Source of the DNA: a virus | Lineage: Duplodnaviria > Caudoviricetes | Strand: one strand, 5' to 3' | Length of the DNA: 33,674 nucleotides | Virus record (IMG/VR): IMGVR_UViG_3300007640_000118 | Coordinates: 1-33,674 of that record | Shown: piece by piece, positions 15,423 through 24,276 of the stretch | Layout of the letters: every line of letters starts with the position of its first letter | Numbering within the stretch: position 1 is the first letter of the stretch | Program-made: the position numbers and the translations under genes | Notes under the pieces: model-generated | What the model was told of the DNA's origin: nothing | The model's input: the letters and a program-made list of their open reading frames with translations, nothing else | The model's database searches: none

Positions 15423-15590
15423 TTAGCCCCGACGGATACCGCGACCACGAGCCGTTTTATTGGCCATGTTGCGGATGCCAGTTGCAGAGCCAGATGCCGC
15501 AGAGGTTGTGCGGCCAGCACGCTTGGCTGTCTTGTTCATTTTATCTGCGGTCTTCTTCTTTGCCGCAGTTGTACGACGATCATAAGCCAT
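15423..15590 (-). CDS. Small highly basic protein (55 aa)
   Basis: Not in ORF track. AAGGAG SD; MAYDRRTTAAKKKTADKMNKTAKRAGRTT...RGRGIRRG. Confidence 0.8.
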   Translation of the reverse strand: MAYDRRTTAAKKKTADKMNKTAKRAGRTTSAASGSATGIRNMANKTARGRGIRRG

Positions 15591-15605
15591 TAGAGATCTC
15601 CTTTG

Positions 15606-15959
15606 TTAGCTTGCGATGCTTTCCAAATTGTGTATGAAGAACAGGGCGTAGTCGTCCGCAACGTGTCCATCATACGTTTCAAACAGGTCAGACCTGTCAC
15701 CGTCAGGGTGATGGCCTTCTACCCATACCCCGTGTCCCGACGAGTTGAGTTCTTCTATGTAGTCTAAGAACTCTCCGACACTCATCTCGTCGAAATCTGT
15801 CCAAGCCATTACCGTTATCTCATCTCGGTCTGGGTCTTGGCAGATGTCAGTTACACGCCTGACATCTGATGTTATTATTACGTCGGCCTGCCGCTGTAAT
15901 GTGTCGGCAAGCCAAGCGTTAATCTCTTCCTTCGCTAGAGCTTCCGTGTTTTTTTCCAT
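15606..15959 (-). CDS. Acidic hypothetical protein
   Basis: TGATG coupling to the upstream gene; Asp/Glu-rich. Confidence 0.75.
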   Translation of the reverse strand: MEKNTEALAKEEINAWLADTLQRQADVIITSDVRRVTDICQDPDRDEITVMAWTDFDEMSVGEFLDYIEELNSSGHGVWVEGHHPDGDRSDLFETYDGHVADDYALFFIHNLESIAS

Positions 15960-16225
15960 CAGCACTTCCACCGACGACGAGCCGCGCAGATGCGCTTCTC
16001 TGGTGTCTTTGAACAGTTGATTTTGTGCATCTTCATCTGTCCCTTCGAGCGTGAGCAGTAAGAGCTACGTCGTTTACCGCCCCCAGGTTGTGGAGCCTTG
16101 AGCTTCGTCTTGCAGGCTCGGTTGTACTTGGCACGACCTTTTGCTGTGAGACCAGCACCCTTACTTGCTGGGAGCTTTTCGCCTCGGCCAACAGATAGAG
16201 AAACGCTACACCTCTTCTTCGCCAT
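15959..16225 (-). CDS. Basic phage protein resembling DUF6321
   Basis: GLTAKGRAKYN...LKAP...RRSSYCSRS.G...RRWKC pattern recalled from aquatic phages. Confidence 0.7.
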   Translation of the reverse strand: MAKKRCSVSLSVGRGEKLPASKGAGLTAKGRAKYNRACKTKLKAPQPGGGKRRSSYCSRSKGQMKMHKINCSKTPEKRICAARRRWKC

Positions 16226-16718
16226 TGTTGTTCACCACCACTAGCTTTAGTTTTTTTCTACGCTCTGATAGTGACACAACCTTCTCTTCATCGTCGTCCA
16301 TGTCGGGTGTGAACTCGATGACAACTTCCATCGGCTCTTCTGTTTCGATACCCATTTCCCACAGGAATGTTTTGTATAGTGGAAGCCAGTCGCCAAGACG
16401 CATGACCACTAGGCTTTCGCTGGTGTCCATTCGGTTCTTGCGGGATATGACAACTGGTATGTCGGGGGAACGAGACTTCTCTATGCCACGCTCGGCCTGT
16501 TCCATTGCGGCATAGGGGCTGAACTTCTCTGTGCGCTTCGCTTCTACCCATACAAAAGGTGTGCCGTTTAGGTCTGGTAGTCCACCGCCAAATGGGTTGC
16601 TTCCCCCACCTGACAGCGGCGCTCGCTGAACCCTTTGTTCGTCGCCGAACAGCCAGTGGTTCAACCACTTGGCAAGCTCGCGTTCGTACCCGTCGCCTTT
16701 TCTCTTTGATCTAGTCAT
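16206..16718 (-). CDS. Holliday junction resolvase-like PD-(D/E)XK nuclease
   Basis: SKRKGDGYERE, PDL, VEAKR motifs. Confidence 0.8.
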   Translation of the reverse strand: MTRSKRKGDGYERELAKWLNHWLFGDEQRVQRAPLSGGGSNPFGGGLPDLNGTPFVWVEAKRTEKFSPYAAMEQAERGIEKSRSPDIPVVISRKNRMDTSESLVVMRLGDWLPLYKTFLWEMGIETEEPMEVVIEFTPDMDDDEEKVVSLSERRKKLKLVVVNNNGEEEV

Positions 16719-17152
16719 CTCTTCACACCTTTCCCGAATATGAACTTTGGCCTGCCGCCTTTGGGTGACGACGAGGCAGAGAACTCGTAGCTCTCTTTGC
16801 GTTCTGACATAGGAGTTGTGTCGGCTACGTCGGAAAAGATGTAGTCGTCGGACAACCCCAGATTTTCATTGATTGCTGTGCATCTGTCACAGATGTACTG
16901 CCACTTGGGCAGGGTGACAGACTTCTTGCACTTGAGGCACTTGCGTTCCCAAGTAGTCTGTTGTGATTTGTGAGACGGGGCGATTGCGTATTTCGCTCCG
17001 TCAAATTCAGCAAGCCCCTCTCGGACGAGTATTCGTTTCAGTGTGTCGGTGCAGACTTCCATGTAGGCGGCCATCTGCTTATATGTGTATCCATCATCCA
17101 GCATTTCAGAGAGTGCTTGCCTATCTCTTTTCGAGATCGGCTTCTTGTGCAT
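16715..17152 (-). CDS. HTH plus Zn-ribbon protein (putative regulator)
   Basis: GAGGTG SD before ATG 17152; GYTYKQMAAYMEVCTDTLKRIL HTH; CLKC...CDRC. Confidence 0.75.
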   Translation of the reverse strand: MHKKPISKRDRQALSEMLDDGYTYKQMAAYMEVCTDTLKRILVREGLAEFDGAKYAIAPSHKSQQTTWERKCLKCKKSVTLPKWQYICDRCTAINENLGLSDDYIFSDVADTTPMSERKESYEFSASSSPKGGRPKFIFGKGVKR

Positions 17153-17220
17153 ACTCACCTCTGCTGTTTTGTAGGAGCGCACCCGTCAGGGGTGCGCGAT
17201 GTTTCCATACATTTTCTCTC

Positions 17221-17307
17221 TTGACCCAGATTCCTCCCAATCAGTATAATCCTCGACAGAGGTCAATGACAGTCATAGAGCCAAGCCCTAGACGGGCTTG
17301 TCTCTTT
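17221..17307 (+). promoter_or_regulatory. Antisense-oriented sigma70 promoter followed by a terminator-like hairpin
   Basis: TTGACC-18nt-TATAAT (17221-17250); hairpin CAAGCCC-TAGAC-GGGCTTG then TCTCTTT (17282-17307). Confidence 0.55.
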
Positions 17308-17323
17308 ACTGAACTGTTCTGAA

Positions 17324-19330
17324 CTATACTGTACTTGACCTCAACCATTGCTCTACCTCATATCGTGGGATAGACAATGAACGACTTACATCCTCAACCC
17401 CCATCGACTTGTGAATGTGTAACCATACAGCCTGTTGCTTCGGGCTGGGGGTATGCACAACATATTCGCTTCCGTCCGCCAGCCGTTCCGCCCAACCTAT
17501 GTAGTAGGTGCGGTGCAACTCTGTCTGAGTACGAACTTTCCCAAAGGAAATTTGTTGAACCATCTTGAGGCGGCTGTCTGCTTCTAGCTGTGCCTCAAGG
17601 TAACTCGTAGCTGTATATTCTGTGCCATCGAATGACCGCACAGTTACATCTGCGTCGTGTAACCCAGCCTTTGCTCTTGATACGTTCTTGTCACGGAACA
17701 CCTGTGTCACCATGACCTGTGTATCAATGTCGGTAAGCTGTGCAGTTGATCCAGCCTCACGACCAAGACCACCCTCACCTGGTTTGTTGCGGTGGTGAAC
17801 CAAGACTACGCTAGACTTGTACTTAGTACGTACAGATTTGGCGACGTGGTTTACCTTGAACCATTCGGCGGCGTTTGCTTCTTCCAATCCACCGAAGGCG
17901 TTGCGAACTGTGTCAATGACTACGATGTCTGGCTTGATCACATCCAACCAGTCACCAAGTAGTCTGAACCCCTGCTCCGTACCTAAGTTCATCTCACCAC
18001 CATCGTCTGCTGATATAAGTGATGGCGACCACATGTTAAAGTTCTCACCGCAATCCCCAAACATGTTAAGAAAATTGCGAAATCTGTACAGAACAGTGCG
18101 GCTTGGGTTGTCGTAGTCTAAATACAAAACCTTCGCAGGCTTTGAACCAAAAGGCCCAAAGCTCTCGTTGCCAGAAGCCATGCTAACCAACATACCCTGC
18201 AAGAAGAACGACTTGCCGTGGCCGTTGTAGCCAACAACCTGTGTGATTGTTTCTGATGGGATAACTGGGTCTGACCAGTAGCTAGTTTCGCCAAGTGTTT
18301 CAATCAACCTGTCGATGTCACTGCCACGAATAGGAACAAGACGACCTAGCTTGGGAGCTTCCTTCGCCGTGACTATGCGATTACCATCAGCATCGTAGTC
18401 ATCAGGGTACGAGCGACGATCCATATCAATGACACTGCGTATCTTCTGTGTCAGCCAAGCCTCTGTCTGGTCTGTTGTGTACCCAGTGTCGTCGAAGAAC
18501 TCGTCGTGGAACTTACGAACAGCAGTGTAAAGTGTTCCGTTAACGATGCCTTGACGTACCTTCTGCCCAATATAACGAACCATCCATACGTCAGTGCCAT
18601 CACCTTCGCGTAACTTGTGGCCTAAGTGTGCTACACGACGCTTCACTTGGTCATACACTGGCAGTGTATCTTCTACCTGTGTGATTTTTACATTGGCTAA
18701 ACTGAGATTGCCGAAAGCGAACTCTCCAACTTGCGGCGCTTGAACCGTGTCAGGTGCGCCCTTCCACACAAAGTCTTCCATGTCGTCGAGACTTAGGCCG
18801 TATCCTACTTCCATGTGGTATATGTGCTGGACAGAGTTGTCCTTCATCTTGATTGATGGTGGCATTACAACGTACCCACCATCACCACGAAGGTCTAAGC
18901 CCTCGACTTCTGGCCAGTTGCGTGTGACGCCGCCGACGTTGTTGGCAAACCGTTGTCCATGCTGTGGGTGGGCAAAGTAAAAGTGTTTGCCGCGAGCGGT
19001 ATGAACCACAAACGGTGATGTCAGGCTATGTTTCTCTGCGTACTCAACAGATTGTTGGTTGTCGCAATCAAGAACAATGACGCCGCTTATCGCACCTGTC
19101 ACCAGAGCGATGTTAAAATTTGGAACCACGTTTCCACTGTCTGTACGAACACCATTATCGAACCAGTCATCCACCTCTTCTATGGTGGTTGATTGCGTCT
19201 GGTATTTCTTCCAGCCAATCAGTGGCTTCTTGCTCTGAAGAGAGAGGGGGATGATTGTCCACCCTCTCTCAACGGCTTCTACTGCCGCATTATGTAGCGC
19301 CTCACGCCACTTCTTCATCTCTTCGTTCAT
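17324..19330 (-). CDS. Bifunctional primase-polymerase (Prim-Pol) fused to RecA-like AAA helicase
   Basis: GW.IIPL...KKPL..WK, NIALVTG, VLDCD, TARGKHFYF, DLRGDGGYVVMPPS; Walker A GYNGHGKS, IVVIDT, LVHHRNK. Confidence 0.92.
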   Translation of the reverse strand: MNEEMKKWREALHNAAVEAVERGWTIIPLSLQSKKPLIGWKKYQTQSTTIEEVDDWFDNGVRTDSGNVVPNFNIALVTGAISGVIVLDCDNQQSVEYAEKHSLTSPFVVHTARGKHFYFAHPQHGQRFANNVGGVTRNWPEVEGLDLRGDGGYVVMPPSIKMKDNSVQHIYHMEVGYGLSLDDMEDFVWKGAPDTVQAPQVGEFAFGNLSLANVKITQVEDTLPVYDQVKRRVAHLGHKLREGDGTDVWMVRYIGQKVRQGIVNGTLYTAVRKFHDEFFDDTGYTTDQTEAWLTQKIRSVIDMDRRSYPDDYDADGNRIVTAKEAPKLGRLVPIRGSDIDRLIETLGETSYWSDPVIPSETITQVVGYNGHGKSFFLQGMLVSMASGNESFGPFGSKPAKVLYLDYDNPSRTVLYRFRNFLNMFGDCGENFNMWSPSLISADDGGEMNLGTEQGFRLLGDWLDVIKPDIVVIDTVRNAFGGLEEANAAEWFKVNHVAKSVRTKYKSSVVLVHHRNKPGEGGLGREAGSTAQLTDIDTQVMVTQVFRDKNVSRAKAGLHDADVTVRSFDGTEYTATSYLEAQLEADSRLKMVQQISFGKVRTQTELHRTYYIGWAERLADGSEYVVHTPSPKQQAVWLHIHKSMGVEDVSRSLSIPRYEVEQWLRSSTV

Positions 19331-19523
19331 GTGAGTTCTCTTCTAAGTATCTGTGTAAGTTGATGGTTGGGTTTGCATAAACTATTCTGGCTAGTAGATC
19401 GGTGGTGATACTGTTGGTCTTGACCCATCTATAAGGTTGCGTCCTACTCTTCCCTGTGGCCTTTGCCACTTCGGTAACACCCCCGCAGTCCTCGACTAGC
19501 CGACGGACGTTGAACGTGTACAT
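19302..19523 (-). CDS. Cro-like HTH protein (73 aa)
   Basis: AAGGAG SD before ATG 19523; CGGVTEVAKATGKSRTQPYRW; first gene of the replication operon. Confidence 0.8.
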   Translation of the reverse strand: MYTFNVRRLVEDCGGVTEVAKATGKSRTQPYRWVKTNSITTDLLARIVYANPTINLHRYLEENSHERRDEEVA

Positions 19524-19560
19524 TGCTATCTCCTTTTCATATACATCTGAATACAATCAT

Positions 19561-19638
19561 AATACATCTAGGCACAACAGTTGTCTTAGTTTTCATACAT
19601 TTTCTCACATATAAGACAGTTGTGTTTAGATATGTATT
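19561..19638. promoter_or_regulatory. Long imperfect inverted repeat in the divergent control region
   Basis: AATACAT-CTAGGCACAAC-AGT-TGTCTTA ... TAAGACA-GTTGTGTTTAG-AT-ATGTATT. Confidence 0.65.
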
Positions 19639-19730
19639 TGGTATTGTAACAAGGTGGCTAGGGGGTTTTATTTCGGTTTCCTCCCTTCCCTCCTAGCCAC
19701 AACTACCAACACTGATACGGAGAAAATTGT

Positions 19731-20141
19731 ATGGAAACATGGGAAGATTATGAGCGGCAGACCGAGGCTGAAGGTCTAGCTAAACTGGCCGAGGAATACG
19801 GTCAGATCGCCGCCGAGATAGAACGCCTATCTGAAAAAGCAGAAACCCTAAAGATGAAGATTGAGGCTGAGTTTCCAGCAGATGCTGGCGAGTTTGATAA
19901 GCAAGCTGGCTCTTACATGGTCACACTCAATCGACAAGAGAGATGGACTTGGGATAAGGAAGTTCTTGAGACCATCTTCGCATCATCGACCACCCTTCCA
20001 GAGTTCGTGCGCCGCACCTACTCAATCGACAAGCGCAAGTTCAAGTCACTGGACGACGAGCAACAGCGAGAGCTTTTGCCAGCGCTTACTCGTAAGGGTG
20101 GGCCAGTAAAAATCACAGTAAAGTCAGGGGGTCTTGGGTAA
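19731..20141 (+). CDS. Hypothetical protein with N-terminal coiled coil (recombination operon)
   Basis: GGAG SD; TAATG coupling to the ATPase gene. Confidence 0.8.
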   Translation: METWEDYERQTEAEGLAKLAEEYGQIAAEIERLSEKAETLKMKIEAEFPADAGEFDKQAGSYMVTLNRQERWTWDKEVLETIFASSTTLPEFVRRTYSIDKRKFKSLDDEQQRELLPALTRKGGPVKITVKSGGLG

Positions 20142-20938
20142 TGTTCCAACCACTAAACACTTCTGATCATACGACATCGTATAGAAAGACGTTGCTGTAT
20201 GGTCATCATGGCTGGGGCAAGACAACCCAGTTCATCCATTACCAAAAACATTTTGGTAATGGGTTTATCTTGTCAGGCGAGAGCGGACTTAGCTCAATTC
20301 GTGACGCTGGTATTGACTACTTGCCGTTCACATCATGGGGCAACCCGTCCGAGCCTGACAAAAATCAGTACAGCTTTGTCGATATATTCAAGTGGATGCG
20401 TACCGATGATTTCAAAGGTCGTGAATACAAGTGGATAGGCATCGACAGCCTGACTGAACTCAGCGACATGAGCATGGCTCATGCGACTAAGGTCGCAGAA
20501 GCGGACGCACAGAAAGCTGGCAAGCAAGTTAATGGCTTCCAGATTTTTTCCGACCACGCAAAGAACCTGATCGGTGCGTGTAAGGCTATGCGTGATATGC
20601 CATGCCACTTCCTCGTTACCGCTCTGGCTAAAGAGGGACAGGATGACAGTGGCAATGTTGAATACTGGCCAATGGTGGCTGGCAAGCAAGCACAGCAACA
20701 GCTTCCAGGTATTTTCGACAACGTATTCTGTGGGGTACGTCACACATCTGACGCTCACTCCGCAGGCGAAGGGAAGGTTCTTCGGTACGTCGTCACAGAA
20801 GAATACAACGGCTGGAAAGGCAAGGTCAGGGACGAAAAGCGAAGACTGAGAGCAGTCGAGCAAACTGGAAACATCGTCAATCTGTTTAAGAAGATGGATA
20901 TGGATGATGAGGAATTTGAAAAAAGGAGCGAAGCATGA
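20141..20938 (+). CDS. AAA_24 / Sak4-like ATPase (single-strand annealing)
   Basis: LLYGHHGWGKTT, ESGLSSI, IDSLTE, LPGIFDNV; precedes an SSB-like gene. Confidence 0.85.
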   Translation: MFQPLNTSDHTTSYRKTLLYGHHGWGKTTQFIHYQKHFGNGFILSGESGLSSIRDAGIDYLPFTSWGNPSEPDKNQYSFVDIFKWMRTDDFKGREYKWIGIDSLTELSDMSMAHATKVAEADAQKAGKQVNGFQIFSDHAKNLIGACKAMRDMPCHFLVTALAKEGQDDSGNVEYWPMVAGKQAQQQLPGIFDNVFCGVRHTSDAHSAGEGKVLRYVVTEEYNGWKGKVRDEKRRLRAVEQTGNIVNLFKKMDMDDEEFEKRSEA

Positions 20939-21453
20939 GTTTCACATTCAATAATCTAAACCTCAAGAACATTGAGGTATCTAATGGTGGCAGTATCCTA
21001 CCTGTTGGCAACCACGTTGTTGAAGTTACCAACGTGAAGGGCGAGACAAAAAAGGGAACTGGCGCACAGCAAGTAGTCGTGTCTATGCAAGAGGTCGATG
21101 GTGTACGCACCATCACCGATTGGATTATCGTCCACAATCCTAACCACCCGAAGAACGCAGAGATCGGCTTGTCGCAACTCAAGTCTCTGTGTCATTGGGG
21201 CGGCCACCCAGACCCAGATAACCCATTCCCTGATGGAGACCTTTCTGTTCTCAAGGGGTTAATGGTGGGCATCTATGTAAAGGAAGACACCTACAACGGT
21301 AAGACCAGCAATAAGGTCGCGTCTTACAAAGACCCAAAGCGCATCAACCCTGAGTTTAACCCAGAAGCAATCAAAAACCCATTAGGTGCGGCGGTTGCTA
21401 ACCAGATGAACGGAGCCGCAAAGAGCGGCCTCGACGACGACGTTCCCTTTTAG
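20935..21453 (+). CDS. DUF669-like single-stranded DNA-binding protein
   Basis: ILPVGNH.VEV, beta-rich OB-like pattern, acidic tail DDDVPF. Confidence 0.8.
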   Translation: MSFTFNNLNLKNIEVSNGGSILPVGNHVVEVTNVKGETKKGTGAQQVVVSMQEVDGVRTITDWIIVHNPNHPKNAEIGLSQLKSLCHWGGHPDPDNPFPDGDLSVLKGLMVGIYVKEDTYNGKTSNKVASYKDPKRINPEFNPEAIKNPLGAAVANQMNGAAKSGLDDDVPF

Positions 21454-21467
21454 TTGTTGGTGGGGGT

Positions 21468-21497
21468 AGAGGGGGTGAAAGCCCCCTCTTCTTTATT
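21468..21497 (+). terminator. Intrinsic terminator
   Basis: AGAGGGGGT-GAAA-GCCCCCTCT then TCTTTATT. Confidence 0.7.
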
Positions 21498-22124
21498 ATG
21501 ATTAGATCAGTATCAGATAATCAATCACAAATACTGCTAGACATTCTGATGCTGAATGGTCTGTGTAAATTTGATGCCGACATAACCTATGGCAACGGAC
21601 ACTTCTACAAGGTTATACAAGAGCCTAAGTTGAAGTTTGATATAGACCCACAAGTATCTGGCGTTACGCCAGCTTGTAGCACCAACCTACCAATACCAAG
21701 TTACTCCCTTCAGTCAGTAGTGTTTGACCCACCGTTTCTTACTTACGTAAGGAACGGACGTAATGGCAATGGGAACATGGTGATGTCTAGGCAGTATGGG
21801 GGCTACTGGAGATACGACGAACTTGAGCATCACTACAAAGCCACGCTCACAGAAGTTCACAGAATTTTACAGCCGAAGGGCATCCTTGTATTTAAGTGTC
21901 AAGATATAGTGCATAACCATAAACTACACCCAACTCATATAAATATTGTGAACTGGTGTGAAAATACCTTTCGTCTCAAAGACATGTTTATCCTGTCCGC
22001 TAGTAGTCGTATGCCAGTACCGCAACAGAAAGGTGTTGCCCGTCGTGTACAAAAACATGCACGTATTTTTCACTCCTACTTTCTTGTATTGGAAAAGCTG
22101 AATGGACATAACAAAACTAATTGA
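21498..22124 (+). CDS. DNA amino-methyltransferase (N6-A/N4-C)
   Basis: DITYGNG SAM-binding-like motif, VVFDPPF catalytic motif, RILQPKGILVFK. Confidence 0.85.
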   Translation: MIRSVSDNQSQILLDILMLNGLCKFDADITYGNGHFYKVIQEPKLKFDIDPQVSGVTPACSTNLPIPSYSLQSVVFDPPFLTYVRNGRNGNGNMVMSRQYGGYWRYDELEHHYKATLTEVHRILQPKGILVFKCQDIVHNHKLHPTHINIVNWCENTFRLKDMFILSASSRMPVPQQKGVARRVQKHARIFHSYFLVLEKLNGHNKTN

Positions 22125-22890
22125 CGAGTTCTTTGCTAAAGACAAGCGCGAAGAGCCTAGAGCCTACATAGGCGCAAGTTCAGTAGGGCATGACTGCACA
22201 GCTATGCTGTCGTTCAGCCACAGGGGATACCCTGACACGCCCCCCGATCCAAAATTAAAACGCATCTTCCGAGACGGACACAGGATAGAGTACGTAGTCA
22301 TCAGCGATATGGCAAAGGCTGGTGTCCATATCATGGATAAAGACCCCATGACTGGTAAGCAGTGGCGTTATACTGACTACCACGGGAACAGTATGGGAAA
22401 CGCAGATGGCATCGTCGAGACGGATGATGGCATGGCGATAGTCGAGATTAAGTCTATGAACGATAGTAAGTTCAAAGAGTTCTCCAAGAAGGGTGTCAAG
22501 TACAGCCACCCTATGTACTTCGCCCAAATGCAGTACCTGATGGGATTGGCTAGTATGGATAGAGCAGTCCTCGTTAGCTACAACAAGAACACATCTGACT
22601 ACCACCATGAATGGGTGGACTTCGATATATTTTTCTACAACGCACTGAAGCAAAAGGTTGAGGACATTATCAATGGACTTGGCCAGAAAATTTCTACTGA
22701 TGAGGCCGACTGGCGATGTCGTGGTTGCTTCAAGCGAGACGCATGTTGGCATGGCGCTGAACCAGAAAGAACCATGCGGACGTGTGGTAACTGCCATGCC
22801 TCAACTACTAGCGCAGAGTGGACGTGCGGTAAGGGGTGTACGGATAATTGTTTGGATTGGGTGAGGTACGAACCACATGCCAAAGCGTAG
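22102..22890 (+). CDS. Cas4-like PD-(D/E)XK exonuclease
   Basis: YIGAS...C, GH.IE, ADG, EIKS, QMQY.M, CRGC...C plus extra C-terminal Cys cluster. Confidence 0.85.
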   Translation: MDITKLIDEFFAKDKREEPRAYIGASSVGHDCTAMLSFSHRGYPDTPPDPKLKRIFRDGHRIEYVVISDMAKAGVHIMDKDPMTGKQWRYTDYHGNSMGNADGIVETDDGMAIVEIKSMNDSKFKEFSKKGVKYSHPMYFAQMQYLMGLASMDRAVLVSYNKNTSDYHHEWVDFDIFFYNALKQKVEDIINGLGQKISTDEADWRCRGCFKRDACWHGAEPERTMRTCGNCHASTTSAEWTCGKGCTDNCLDWVRYEPHAKA

Positions 22891-23098
22891 TGGATGGCAA
22901 GGCCCGATACCGCCAGAGATAGTTAGCTGTGGCGATATGTGGGTTACGCAGAAATTTAAGAAACTCTGTGTCGAGGCAAGTGATGTCCTGTCTATGCAAC
23001 AGGGTCAGGCACGGAAGAAAAGAGAGGAAGAACTCAACAGGTCACTTGATGAACTGATAAGGCAGGCGAGGCACATCAATGAGCAAAAAGATAATTAA
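22877..23098 (+). CDS. Hypothetical protein (73 aa)
   Basis: GAGG SD, overlapping operon arrangement. Confidence 0.6.
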   Translation: MPKRSGWQGPIPPEIVSCGDMWVTQKFKKLCVEASDVLSMQQGQARKKREEELNRSLDELIRQARHINEQKDN

Positions 23099-23288
23099 CC
23101 TTGAGCATAGCATCACTATGGTCAGGGATAGGATTAAGGATATTGAATGGGAGCTTTCTTACTTTGGGCTGGAGGGGCTGGAAGACGACGTGTCGCACAT
23201 AATTGAAAGGCGTAAGGCTGTAGACAAGCTACGGCACTTGCAAAAGGAACTACTACAGGCGAGGTTAGGGATGACCAATGAGACCTAA
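23079..23288 (+). CDS. Hypothetical coiled-coil protein (69 aa)
   Basis: GAGG SD, overlapping operon arrangement. Confidence 0.65.
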   Translation: MSKKIINLEHSITMVRDRIKDIEWELSYFGLEGLEDDVSHIIERRKAVDKLRHLQKELLQARLGMTNET

Positions 23289-23826
23289 ACTTATAGGATT
23301 TGCTGGCAGGCTTGGGTCTGGTAAGACGCTGGCCGCCGACCTTTTATGTGCCAAGTATGGCTTTATGAAAGTTAAATTTGCCAAGCCAATCAAGGACATG
23401 ATGCGTAGCTTGGGACTTGATGACCGTCACATTGAGGGTGAGTTAAAGGACGAGCCTTGTGACATTCTTGATGGGGAGACACCGAGATGGGCGATGCAAA
23501 GTCTTGGAACGGAATGGGGACGCTCCCTGATCAGCGAAAACTTATGGCTGAACAGGTGGAAAAGGATCGTCGAAGAGAACCTCAATTTGAACAACAACGT
23601 AGTGGTAGACGACTTGAGGTTTCCGAACGAATTAAAAGCGGTGCAGGAGTTGAGCGGCCAGGTGATCGTGTTGCTTCGCAACGACGAGAAAGAAGGGGAA
23701 CACTCGTCTGAGAACACTATAAACCTAAAGGATATTAGGGCTGATCTTGTTATTGATAATAAAAATTGGGATGCGGTAGAGCTAACTAGGGCTATAGATA
23801 GTTGGTGGCTGTCTAATAACCTATGA
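23278..23826 (+). CDS. Deoxynucleoside monophosphate kinase
   Basis: IGFAGRLGSGKT, FAKPIK, TPRWAMQSLGTEWGR, DDLRFPNE, HSSE. Confidence 0.92.
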   Translation: MRPKLIGFAGRLGSGKTLAADLLCAKYGFMKVKFAKPIKDMMRSLGLDDRHIEGELKDEPCDILDGETPRWAMQSLGTEWGRSLISENLWLNRWKRIVEENLNLNNNVVVDDLRFPNELKAVQELSGQVIVLLRNDEKEGEHSSENTINLKDIRADLVIDNKNWDAVELTRAIDSWWLSNNL

Positions 23827-24267
23827 GTTTCTTGCCGATAGCAAAGCTACTACGAAAATAAATAGCGCGACTGATCCGACTATCAATGTTGCCGCAATAG
23901 CTATTACTTCAAGCATCTGCTGACGTTTTCTTTTAGCGGCAAGAGCATCCTCTTGTCGCTTCTTTCTTATATCTGCCCGTAGTCTTACTAACTCTTGCCA
24001 AGCCCCCATACCACGAGAGTAGAGGATGATCTCTCGCAACTGGTTCTCTAAGTCCTCTGCTTTCTTCTTGGCCATGAAGGTGTCAAGAGCCTCCTCCTCG
24101 ACACTGCGGAAGACGCTGGACTTTTTCTTGTTGTGTTGATGGGTGATTTCGTCGATGGAGTTCCAGAGCGTACCAATCTCTTTGGCCAAAGAGGTGATCT
24201 CTTTGCCTGCGGCTACGCCTGCTTTTAATGCGCTGAAAGCCGCAACAGCGGCTGTGACTGGCTCCAT
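23821..24267 (-). CDS. Hypothetical protein with C-terminal TM helix
   Basis: Helical body and hydrophobic C-terminus; last gene of the late block. Confidence 0.8.
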   Translation of the reverse strand: MEPVTAAVAAFSALKAGVAAGKEITSLAKEIGTLWNSIDEITHQHNKKKSSVFRSVEEEALDTFMAKKKAEDLENQLREIILYSRGMGAWQELVRLRADIRKKRQEDALAAKRKRQQMLEVIAIAATLIVGSVALFIFVVALLSARNS

Positions 24268-24276
24268 ACCATTTTC

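Larger units (their letters stand above)
17201..19738. repeat. 18-nt motif GAGAAAAT(T)GTATGRAAAC, three copies
   Basis: Minus strand at 17201-17218 and 19589-19606 (17/18 identical); plus strand at 19720-19738 with one extra T, spanning the start of the 19731 gene. Confidence 0.75.

Noticed and set aside
21463-21473. GGGGTAGAGGG shared with the 11609-11634 terminator arm (minus strand)
   Set aside because: Short low-complexity match between two GC-rich terminator arms; probably coincidental.
22697-22720. CTGATGA-GGCC-GACT-GGC hammerhead-like core
   Set aside because: No GAAA after stem II and no stems I/III; lies inside the Cas4-like CDS.
22102-22890. Cas4-like gene as sign of a CRISPR system
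   Set aside because: No repeat-spacer array or other cas genes seen; stand-alone Cas4-like nucleases are common in phage recombination modules.
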